Shown piece after piece: positions 12,048 to 21,674 of a stretch of DNA of 64,000 nucleotides. Each line of letters starts with the position of its first letter. Position 1 is the first letter of the stretch. The DNA is from an uncultured Thermoleophilia bacterium (lineage in GTDB: Bacteria > Actinomycetota > Thermoleophilia > UBA2241). The DNA lies in NCBI GenBank assembly GCA_963715985.1, contig CAVQSP010000014.1, forward strand, positions 736,001 to 800,000. Reading direction: 5' to 3'. The notes under the pieces are model-generated. The model saw nothing but the letters and a program-made list of their open reading frames with translations. It did not search any database and was not told where the DNA came from. The position numbers and the translations under genes are program-made.

Positions 12048-12923
12048 GTGGCCACAAGACGAAGCCTCCAAGAGACCTTCTATCCTGAGACTTCGTTTGG
12101 CGGGTTTCCTCGCTCCGATGGGACGATGGCGTTCTACCAGCGGGTCAACGCTCTTCTGAAGCCGTCGGACGTTGTGCTCGATGTCGGATGCGGCAGAGGG
12201 GAGTACGCAGAGGATTCCGTCGAGAGCCGCGCGAAGCTTCGAACCCTTCGAGGCAAGTGCGCTGCAGTGATCGGGGTCGACAGTGACGTTGACGCAGCCG
12301 CCAACCCCTGCGTCGACGAGTTCCGCCACATTCTTGGGGACCGCTGGCCGGTTGAGCGCGAAGCGATCGACCTATGCCTCGTCGACAGCGTTCTTGAACA
12401 CGTTGACGACCCTGATGCGTTCTTCGGCGAATGCCGCCGCGTCCTGAGGCCAGAGGGCTATCTCTGCGTCAGAACGCCCAATGCGCTCGGCTACGCCACC
12501 GTCATGGCGAGACTCATTCCGAACGCGGCACATGCCGCCGTACTGGCGCGAGTCCAGACCGGCAGGAGGGCAGTGGACATCTTCCCTACCTTCTACCGCT
12601 GCAACAGTTCGCGACGGCTTCGAGATGCGCTGCGGCGCCACGGCTTTGAAGCGTGTGTCTACGGCTACGGGCCGGCACCCGCCTATCTCGACTTCTCGAC
12701 GGTCGCCTACACCCTCGGCGTGATCTGGGCCGCCGCGGCGCCCTCCGTCGTACAGGCCGAGCTCCACGGCTTCGCCCGGCGCGGAACATGGCCGGGCGTC
12801 GAGCGCCAGAAGAGCCCAGCGATTGAGTCGCACAGCGGTCTGCGGAGAGTCCTTGAGATACCGAGTTGCCCGCCATCGGACACAGCCCACGCCCCGCGGC
12901 TGCCACTGAAACGCCGGCCATGA
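12048..12923 (+). CDS. Class I SAM-dependent methyltransferase
   Basis: VLDVGCGRG, VLEHVDDP, RVLRPEGYLCVRTPN. Confidence 0.85.
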   Translation: MATRRSLQETFYPETSFGGFPRSDGTMAFYQRVNALLKPSDVVLDVGCGRGEYAEDSVESRAKLRTLRGKCAAVIGVDSDVDAAANPCVDEFRHILGDRWPVEREAIDLCLVDSVLEHVDDPDAFFGECRRVLRPEGYLCVRTPNALGYATVMARLIPNAAHAAVLARVQTGRRAVDIFPTFYRCNSSRRLRDALRRHGFEACVYGYGPAPAYLDFSTVAYTLGVIWAAAAPSVVQAELHGFARRGTWPGVERQKSPAIESHSGLRRVLEIPSCPPSDTAHAPRLPLKRRP

Positions 12924-13990
12924 GAGCTGCCCGACCGAAACTGGTGTTCGTCGACCATTCATATCACGTGGTGACGGGCTCCAGCCGGTTCTTCAGAAAG
13001 ATGCTGAGCGAGGTTTTCGACATTGTCGAACTGCACTGCGACGACTGGCGCGGCGACAGGAGAGTCTCAGCCCAAGACGTCGACGCAACAGGAGCAGACG
13101 TCGTGCTCTTCTGGCAGGCGCTCCCCTCGCCGATCGATCTCTTCAACCTCGCCACCCCAGCGGTCTGGGTACCGATGTACGACTCGGTGGCGCGGCGCCC
13201 TCGTGCGTTCTGGAGAGTGCTGTCACAGTCCAACATCCGCATTATCTCGTTCTGTCACGCGCTCTCCCGCATTGCCACCCAGCACGGCATCCGCTTCGCT
13301 GGCTACTCCTACTACCCGGACCCGTCAGACCTGCCCCGCCTCAGCGGTGAGGGTGATGGCCTCCGAGTGTTCCTTTGGGATCGTGGCGATGTGGGCATCG
13401 ACCAGATCAGGCAACTGGTGCGTCCTCAGGATGTGCAGTGGATGGTCCTGAGACTTGCGGCGGACCCAGGCCTACGGTCGAGGTGGCCCAGTAGCGACGA
13501 CATTCTGAAGTACCGAATCCGATCGATTCCCGGGCCTCTTCCGCGCGACGAACATCTCAGGCTCTTGGCAACCTGCAATGTTTTTCTGGCCCCCCGCAGA
13601 CTGGAGGGAATCGGCCTCAGCGTTCTCGAGGCCATGGCCATGGGGCTGGCGGTCATCGCTCCGGATCGGCCAACCATGAACGAGTACATCGAACACGGTG
13701 TCACGGGTTACTTGTACGACCCGCAGCGGCCTCAGACCATCGATTTACGTTGTGCCGCAGAAGTGGGTGAAAGCGCACGCGCCCGCATGTCTGTCGGCAG
13801 CAAGGAATGGGTCGGATCCCAACACCGCGTTTTGGCCGACGTGCTCGCGGCGACACCCGTGGCGGCCGACCCTCCCCTTCGTATCGCCGCCGAGGCGCGA
13901 GCTCTGGCCGCAGTCGAACTGGCGAAAGCGTCAATACCAGAGAGGCCGAGATCCTTCATTCGAAGGGTGCTTCGCGCACACCGTCGTTGA
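12920..13990 (+). CDS. GT4 family glycosyltransferase
   Basis: PRRLEGIGLSVLEAMAMG..TMNEYIEHGVTGYL (EX7E motif); ATGA overlap with upstream gene. Confidence 0.8.
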   Translation: MRAARPKLVFVDHSYHVVTGSSRFFRKMLSEVFDIVELHCDDWRGDRRVSAQDVDATGADVVLFWQALPSPIDLFNLATPAVWVPMYDSVARRPRAFWRVLSQSNIRIISFCHALSRIATQHGIRFAGYSYYPDPSDLPRLSGEGDGLRVFLWDRGDVGIDQIRQLVRPQDVQWMVLRLAADPGLRSRWPSSDDILKYRIRSIPGPLPRDEHLRLLATCNVFLAPRRLEGIGLSVLEAMAMGLAVIAPDRPTMNEYIEHGVTGYLYDPQRPQTIDLRCAAEVGESARARMSVGSKEWVGSQHRVLADVLAATPVAADPPLRIAAEARALAAVELAKASIPERPRSFIRRVLRAHRR

Positions 13991-14041
13991 GCGTTCGGTT
14001 CCGCCCGCCGAAGGCCGCTGAACCTCAAGCCTCAGCATATC

Positions 14042-15185
14042 TAGTGTTGCATTCCTGAAGTCCACTATGCATGTTCACACCGTCAGCGGCTTGCCCGTGT
14101 AGTTCCAGGCGAAGGGCGTCGCGGTCTCGCTGTAGCACGTGATGGAGTACATGATCTGCTCGACGAGCTCCTGCTTCGAGTTCCAGACGTCGCCCCCCAT
14201 CACCTCGCGCGTGAAGATGTTGAAGAAGATCTCGACCTGGTTCAGCCAGGTGGCGTAGGTCGGCGTGTGCAGGATCGCGAGGCGCCGCCGCTTGGCCGCC
14301 CACTCCCTCACGTCCTTGGCCTTGTGCACCGAGAGGTTGTCGCAGATCACGTAGAGCTGCTTGCCGGGGTACTTGCGGTAGAGCGCCTTGAGGAAGGCGA
14401 GGAAGCTCACCTGATCGTTCCTGTCGCGGCAGCGCGCCGTGACCTCGCCGTCGTGCACGGAGAGCGCCGCCAGCAGGCAGGTCGTGCGATGGCGCTTGTA
14501 GGTCGCGGTCAGGCGCCGCGGCTGGCCCGCCTTCATGGGCAGCTCGGCGTGGGTGCGGTCGAGCGCCTGGATCTGGCTCTTCTCATCCACGGAGAGCACG
14601 AGCGCGTTCTCCGGGGGACTCAGGTAGAGACCGAGGATGGCCGCCTGCTTGGCCTCGAACTCGGGGTCGGGGCTGCGTCCGCACCAGTACTCGGTCTTGT
14701 GGGGGCTGAGCTTGCCCTCGGCGAGGATGCGGTGCGCCGAGGTCCGCGAGAGGCCGCTCGAGTGCGCGAGGTCGCTCACGCTCCAGGCGGTCTTGCCCTT
14801 CTCCGGCGTGCTCGTCGCCAGGTCGACGACGGCGAGGCGCTGCGCCGCGCTGATGCGCGCCGGGCGGCCCGGGCGCGGCTCGTCGGCGAGGCCCTCGAGG
14901 CGCCGCTCGAGGAAGCGCTTCTTCCACTTGAAGACGCTCAGCTGGCTGAGCCCGCAGCGTTCGCCGACCGCTCTGACCGGCAGCCCCTGCGCGCAGAGCA
15001 GGATGACCTGCGCGCGCCGCGCCAGACGCTGCTCGGTGGTGCCGGCGCGCGTCCACATGCGCAGGGTCTGCTCCTCCTCCGTTGTCAGCTCGATCCTCCG
15101 CGCCGTGGCCATGAAGGGCCTCCTTCGGTGTGCGACCACCAGATGAGGCTATTTGACTACAAGACACTTGCGGAACGTAACTCTA
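14042..15185 (-). mobile_element. IS630-family insertion sequence
   Basis: TA at both ends; imperfect terminal IRs TAGTGTTGCATTCCTGAAGT and TAGAGTTACGTTCCGCAAGT (15/20 match). Confidence 0.85.
14075..15112 (-). CDS. IS630 transposase (intact)
   Basis: HTH region plus DDE residues: SVDEKSQIQAL, ICDNLSVHK, PTYATWLNQVE. Confidence 0.92.
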   Translation of the reverse strand: MATARRIELTTEEEQTLRMWTRAGTTEQRLARRAQVILLCAQGLPVRAVGERCGLSQLSVFKWKKRFLERRLEGLADEPRPGRPARISAAQRLAVVDLATSTPEKGKTAWSVSDLAHSSGLSRTSAHRILAEGKLSPHKTEYWCGRSPDPEFEAKQAAILGLYLSPPENALVLSVDEKSQIQALDRTHAELPMKAGQPRRLTATYKRHRTTCLLAALSVHDGEVTARCRDRNDQVSFLAFLKALYRKYPGKQLYVICDNLSVHKAKDVREWAAKRRRLAILHTPTYATWLNQVEIFFNIFTREVMGGDVWNSKQELVEQIMYSITCYSETATPFAWNYTGKPLTV

Positions 15186-16527
15186 ACGTTTGCGGCCATT
15201 CGTCGCTTCACGCAAGGCCGCCCTCCCATTCGAGATGTCACTTCGTGAAAACGCGAACATCCTTGTCGTGTGAGCGCCGAGCCTCCTCGCGAATCCTAGC
15301 ATTACGAGCAGGGTGGTAATGTAGGAGGCGCTCACGGCCACGGCGACGCCGTTCACTCCCCACAGGGGCAGCATCACCGCGAGTGCGATCCCGCCGCCCA
15401 GCCAGCCGAGCATCTCCGCTCTCGTCGCCAGGGAGGGATGCCCCAGGCCACGCAGGCCGTCGCCCAGCGCATAACGCAGCGAAGCTGCAAGCATGCCTAC
15501 CGCAAGGATCCTGACCAGCGTCTGAGCCGGAACGAAGTCTCCGCCATAGACGAGAGTCAGCAGCGGCCCCGCAAAGGCGATCAGGACCACAGCAAAGAAG
15601 CCGCTAAGAACGCAAGTGAGACGCGCAAACAACGAATGGCGCCCAGCGCCTCTTCCCGGATGACGCGCCGGCCACGCGCGGGAGCGCGAGCACCCCAAAC
15701 GTCGTACCCCACACTCTCACGACAACCGCAGCTGAGGTCGCCACGAAGTACAGGCCCGCCTCCTGGGCCCCGAGAAGCGCCGTCGTAAGAAGAACGTCGA
15801 GCTGAAGGGTATCGACTGGCGCCAGGGTCCCGAAGTACGCCTTGCGGCCGACCGACCACGACTGCCTGACCGTGTCCCACTGCAGTCTGGGACGCAACGC
15901 CCCGCGGCGGGTCTCACGGCTGGACATGACCAGCAACACGACGAGACCGACGACCCAGCTCGCCGCGTACGTCGCGGCGAACACCCTGACGCTTACGTAG
16001 CCCAGCAGGAGCAGCGCCAGCAGGGTCGCGCCGTAGACAGAGGGGATGAGGAGGCGGGCGGCGTTCAACACCCCGATTCGCCCTTCGCCCTGATTGAGCG
16101 CACTGAGGTAGCGTACCGCCAGGTGCAACGGGGCGTACACAACAGGAAGCCGATTGCGGTGGCCAGAACGCTCGACGGGTAACCGCGGAGGGCCAGCAAG
16201 ATGATGGAATACCCGCCGCCCAGATAAGGACGCATTGACCGGCCATCATCGGCACGACGCTTCTCGCCAGGTCGTATCGTGAACGCAGGCCTGAGGCCGA
16301 GAGGTATGTCAGGCGGTCGGGCAGGCCCAATTCCGCAATCGTGCAGAGGAGGCCCGGCCACAAGATGACCGCCGCCAGCTCGCCCCTCCCGGCGACCCCG
16401 AGAGCGCGCGCCCGACGATACCCCCCACCAGACTGATCAGCATCACGGCCGTCGTGATGACCACGCTCTGGACGACGTGGCGTCGCGCGCTTGGGGCAGC
16501 TCGGCTCGTGTCGCGTCGGCGGCTCAC
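15183..16527 (-). CDS. Oligosaccharide flippase (Wzx-like), frameshifted
   Basis: Multi-TM fragments GRGELAAVILWP, QLDVLL...EAGLYFVA, LVYGGDFVPA..VRILAVG. Confidence 0.75.
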
Positions 16528-16694
16528 TCAGTGACCCCCAGAATCCCGCCGACCCGACCGGCCGGCACCGGCCGGAATAGCACACCGCCCTGAGGTCAGA
16601 GTGACTCGTCCAGTGTATGCAGGATGGCCGCGAACTAGCACACGGCAGCTAGCCAAGACCATCCCACCAAAGGCCGCCCTCCAAGGCGATGCGG

Positions 16695-17651
16695 TCAGGA
16701 GGTGACGTACAGACCCGGCGGGAATCCTAGTTCACGAAGCACTGCCGGCAGTCGCGCGAACGGTCTCCCTGGGAATCTCGACGGTGACCTCGTTGTGCCG
16801 GGGAACTCAGTCTGCACCCGCGAGACTGTGTCGCGCCCGGTCCTTCTCTCCGCGCTCGTCTGCGAATCCTCGTCGCAGCTTTCGCTCGTAGTCCTCACGA
16901 CTCCTGAAGACATAGTGGTGCAGCACGAGAACGGATCATCGCGTGGTGTTGCAAAGGATCCGTACACGCGCCGACCGTCAGGCGTCACCCCCAAGCGACC
17001 GCGACGATAGTAGAAGCCGTGGGAATTGCGATAGCGGAATATCTCCGAAGGTTGCGCGATGACCTTGACATGTTCGTCACCCGAGGCATCTGCCATGGAC
17101 AAACCGTCTCGGTCACCAGTCCCGTCGGAACGGCCTCGATACCCTGCGCTTCCGAAGTAGCGCCAGTTGATTGCAACAGCGGGTCTGTCTTCGTTGCTCC
17201 TCAGAACTCGGATCGTCGCACCAGCAGCATTCTCAAAGAGGAATTCGTCAGCGTCGAAGAACGCAACCCATTTGCTGCTCGAACCGAACCGCGTCAGGAA
17301 GTCGACATAGCAGGACGGGGACGCCGGGACCATAGGCCACTGGCAAACGTCACAACACCCCGCTCAATGAAAGGATGAATCACCTCCCTGGTGCCGTCGG
17401 CGCTGCCGTTGTCGTAGACGTAGAAGTGCTCGATCCCGATATTGAGATGATGGGCGATCCATTCTGGAAGAAAGCGAGCCTCGTCTTTGACCCGCACAAC
17501 GGCAGCCAAGTAGTGGAGCGACGACGCGTCGTCCGGCCGAGACCCGCGGTTGCCGCAACGTTGAGCGGAGCCCTTCATATGCATCTTGCACCATGAATAA
17601 TGGTGTGCGAAGCAAGCGATACCGCTTGACCAGTGACCGGAGGTCACTCAT
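16695..17651 (-). CDS. GT92/GT2-like glycosyltransferase (frameshifted)
   Basis: VKDEARFLPEWIAHHLNIGIEHFYVYDNGSADG; WVAFFDADEFL. Confidence 0.75.
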
Positions 17652-17724
17652 CTCCGGCTCTCTATCATTACTTGGCTCATCTCCTGGTGACCGCTGGGTG
17701 CTGGTGGCTGCTGGTGATCAGCAC

Positions 17725-17753
17725 TTGCAGGCTATCGTGACGAACCGTATCAT
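17725..17753 (+). promoter_or_regulatory. sigma70-like promoter
   Basis: TTGCAG-N17-TATCAT upstream of the plus-strand GT-uxs operon. Confidence 0.45.
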
Positions 17754-17781
17754 CCGTCGGACTTCATCACGCAGCCACACG

Positions 17782-18875
17782 ATGCGTGCAGAAGGGCTTC
17801 CTGAAGCGCGGAATCCAGCAGGTCCGCCGAGCACGTGCACGGCCTCACCCAGGTACGAATGCGGCGCACCCGCCTCGGGCTCCCCGCGAACGATGCCGCA
17901 GGCTCTGGGGGGCTCGTGCCCAAGTCGGCGCGCTTCGCGGCCGATACGGTAGAGTAGGGTGGAACGTTCTCCTACGATTGGGGCCCGTGTTGGGCGACTG
18001 GCGGCTTCAGACTCCTGTTGCCTTCATCATCTTCAACCGCCCCGCGACCACCCGGCGCGTGTTCGCGACCATTGCCGAGGCCAAGCCACCCAAGCTTCTC
18101 GTCGTAGCCGACGGGCCGCGCGCGGATCGCCCGGGAGAGGCCGACGCGTGCGCCGACACGCGCGCATCGTCGAGCAGGTGGACTGGGAGTGCCAGGTCAT
18201 GACGCAGTACGCCGCGCACAACATGGGCTGCCGGCGGCGGCTCTCCAGCGGCCTGGACTGGGTCTTCGGCACCGTTGAGCGAGGCAATCATCCTGGAGGA
18301 CGACTGTCTGCCCCATCCCAGCTTCTTTCGCTACTGTGAGGAACTGCTGAACAAGTACCGTGATGACGACCGTGTCGCGCACATCGGCGGGAGCAACTTG
18401 CAGTTCGGCCGGCGCCGCACCAAAGACAGTTACTACTTCTCTCGTTATCATCACGTGTGGGGCTGGGCTTCCTGGCGCCGGGCATGGCAGCACTACGACG
18501 TAGGCCTGGCTCTCTGGCCGAGCTTCGAGACAGCGACTGGCTCCAGAGCGTGTCGGTGATCCGAAGCAGGAGAGGTACTGGCGCCGTATCTTCGACAGGG
18601 TGGCCGCCGGGAAGATCGATGACGTTGGGACTACCAGTGGGAATTCGCCTGCTGGCTGCATGGGGCCCTCTCCGCTATCCCCAACGTCAATCTCGTGTCC
18701 AACATCGGGTTTGGGTCGGACTCCACCCATACGCGCGCCGGGAGCCCCTTGGCCGACATCCCTCGACGGGCCATTGCGTTCCCGCTCAAGCACCCTGCCG
18801 CGGTGCAACCGCAACCCCGCGGCTGATGCCTTCACCGTCCGACATATCTACAAGCCGTCGTGCCGCGCGTGCTGA
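17782..18875 (+). CDS. GT-A fold nucleotide-diphospho-sugar transferase (frameshifted)
   Basis: [55 protein letters not shown]. Confidence 0.8.
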
Positions 18876-18969
18876 CAAGGCGCGGCACGACCCGCGGGGG
18901 CTGCTGCAGCAGGCCGGCCATGCGGGCACGGCAGCGCTGTCGCGTGGCGCCCGCCCGGAAGGAGCGCCG

Positions 18970-19915
18970 ATGCGTGACTATGGTCGCACGCGAGCGATGG
19001 TCACCGGCGGGGCCGGGTTCCTCGGCTCGCACCTCTGCAGGCGCCTGCTCGACGACGGATGCGAAGTGCTCTGCGTCGACAACTTCTACACCGGCACTCG
19101 CAGAACATCGCGCCGCTACTGGCGAACCCGCGGTTCGAGGTGCTGCGCCACGACGTGACCTTCCCGCTCTACGTCGAGGCCGACGAGATCTTCAACCTGG
19201 CCTGTCCGGCGTCGCCGCCGCACTATCAGTACGACCCCGTGCAGACCACCAAGACGAGCGTGCACGGCGCCATCAACATGCTGGGCCTGGCCAAGCGGCT
19301 CAGGGCGAAGATCCTCCAGGCCTCCACGAGCGAGGTCTACGGCGATCCGACCGAGAACCCCCAGACCGAGGCCTACTGGGGCAACGTCAATCCGATCGGG
19401 CCGCGCAGCTGCTACGACGAGGGCAAGCGCTGCGCGGAGACCCTGTTCTTCGACTACTACCGGCAGCACGCCTGCGGATCAAGGTCGTGCGCATCTTCAA
19501 CACCTATGGACCTGGAATGCACCCCAACGACGGGCGCGTGGTCAGCACCTTCATCGTGCAGGCCCTGCGCAACCAGGACATCACCGTGTTCGGCGACGGC
19601 TCCCAGACCCGCTCGTTCTGCTACGTGGACGACCTCATCGAGGGTCTCGTGCGGATGATGGCCTCCGAAGACGACTTCGTCGGCCCGGTGAACATGGGGT
19701 CGCCACGAGTCCTCGATGCTCGAGCTGGCCGAGACGGTGGTCGCCTGACGGAAGCAGCTCACGGATCGTCCATCAGCCGTTGCCGGCGGACGACCCCAAG
19801 CAGCGCCGTCCGGACCTGACCCTGGCGCGCGAGCGGCTGGCATGGGAACCGCGCGCGGCCTCCACGAGGGTCTGAAGCAGACGATCGCCTACTTCAGGAC
19901 TCACCTGCGCTTTGA
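18970..19915 (+). CDS. UDP-glucuronate decarboxylase (UDP-xylose synthase), frameshifted
   Basis: [60 protein letters not shown]. Confidence 0.9.
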
Positions 19916-20667
19916 TGGCGACGACGCGCAGGAGCGGCGCCCATCGAGGACCACTACCCGGAGATCGACTACGGCGGATTACGCGTGTCGACGGGGCGAT
20001 GGCCTTCTACATTCGCGTCGGCTGCCTCCTCAGACCTGACGACGTCGTTCTGGACGTCGGCTGCGGCAGAGGAGAGGCAGCAGAAGACCCCGCTCCCAGC
20101 CGGCGGCAATTGCGCATCCTGAAGGGGCGATGCGCCCGCGTCATCAGCATCGACCCAGATGGAGTCGGCGCCGACAACCCCTGCATTGACGAGTTCCGGC
20201 CCATCGTGGCTCGGCGCTGGCCGGTCGACGACGAGAGCGTCGACCTCCGTCTCCACGGACAATGTCGTCGAGCATATCGCTCATCCCGATGCGTTCTTCG
20301 CCGAGTGCGCGCGTGTCCTGAAGCCCGGATGCTTCTGCGCGTCAAGACCGCCAACTCCCTCGGCGACGCGGCTCTCGCGGCCAGGAGTCATCCCCAACGC
20401 CTCGCACGCGGTCGTTCCGCGCGGTCTGCAGCCAGAACGGGACCCGAGAGACGTCTTCCCCACCTACTATCGCTGCAACCGCCCGCGGCGCCTGCGCATA
20501 GTCCTGTAGAGTGCGGCTTCACCGCCTACGTTCACGGCCATGCCGCCGAGCCTGCCTACCTTGGGTTCTCCCTGCCTACCTACGCCCTCGGCGTCGTCTG
20601 GGCGCGCGTGGCGCCCTCCATCCTTCTGAACACTCTCCTCGACTTCGCCGAACGTGCGCGTCGGTAA
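19915..20667 (+). CDS. Class I SAM-dependent methyltransferase, paralog of 12048-12923 (frameshifted)
   Basis: DGAMAFY..LLRPDDVVLDVGCGRGE, NPCIDEFR, DVFPTYYRCN. Confidence 0.75.
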   Translation: MATTRRSGAHRGPLPGDRLRRITRVDGAMAFYIRVGCLLRPDDVVLDVGCGRGEAAEDPAPSRRQLRILKGRCARVISIDPDGVGADNPCIDEFRPIVARRWPVDDESVDLRLHGQCRRAYRSSRCVLRRVRACPEARMLLRVKTANSLGDAALAARSHPQRLARGRSARSAARTGPERRLPHLLSLQPPAAPAHSPVECGFTAYVHGHAAEPAYLGFSLPTYALGVVWARVAPSILLNTLLDFAERARR

Positions 20668-21411
20668 GCCCGCTGATAGCAGCAGCCGTCCTCTCGGGCC
20701 TCGTCTACCGCGTCTCAGGCACCGTGCCTGCCCTTGCGTCTCACCCCTCCTGCGGCCCGCGTCCACATTCTGTCCAGCCCCCTGCGAGGGAGGCTGTGGA
20801 TCGTCGGCCCAAGCACGCACGGGTGTTCGATGGTCACGTTCGAACGCGAGAAGCTCGAGTTCCTCAACGCCGCGCTCCGCGAGGGCTAAGTGGCGTGCGA
20901 CATCGGCGCGAACGCGGGTGTCTACTGTTCGCCGCTACGCGTGTAGGCTCCAGCGGACGGGTGTATCTTTCGAGCCCCTCCCCCGAAATCTCGGCTACCT
21001 CGAGCAGCATCTCGCGCTCAACCAGATAGGCACCTGCACGGTGATGGACGTCGCCGTCAGCTCTGAGGCGGCGACGCCGCTTTCGATGAGAGCGTGCACC
21101 CGGCGATGGGCCACCTTGGCCCCGCCGGCGATGAGGTGATCACCGTTCACACCGTGGTCCTAGATGATCTCGTCGCGGGCGGGGCCATTCGCCGGCCCTC
21201 GGTGATCAAGCTCGACATCGAAGGCGCTGAATACGATGCTTTTGGTGGGCCGCACGCGTGCTGTCCTCATCGTCCGATCGTCTTCGTGGCCACGCACGGC
21301 CCAGCCATACATCTGCGTCGCAGGAGTTCTCGATGAAGCCGGCGTCGATGTCGGGGCCTCAATGGAGTGCCACTCTCTGACGCAACGGCGATCGTGGCTC
21401 TCTCACGCTAG
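20654..21411 (+). CDS. FkbM family methyltransferase (heavily frameshifted; end approximate)
   Basis: DIGANAG, FEPLPRNLGYL, VIKLDIEGAEYD. Confidence 0.7.
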
Positions 21412-21674
21412 CCAAGGGGTGCTGCGCCCAGGGCTCGGCGCCGAGTGTGGCCAGCACCCCGTCTGCCCCTGCAACTCTCGTGCAGCCACGCGGTTCCAGA
21501 GTAGATGAATGTGGCGTATACGTCAGCCCGATCGCGCGACTGGCCGGCTCTTTGGTCAGAAGCGCGGCGCACACGCGCAACGGGCGGCGTCTTCTCACGG
21601 TGGCCCACAGCAAATGCACGCGGCCCGGCCCGGGTCCCTCAGAGCCTGGCCGGGCCGCGTTCTGGACCACCCTT

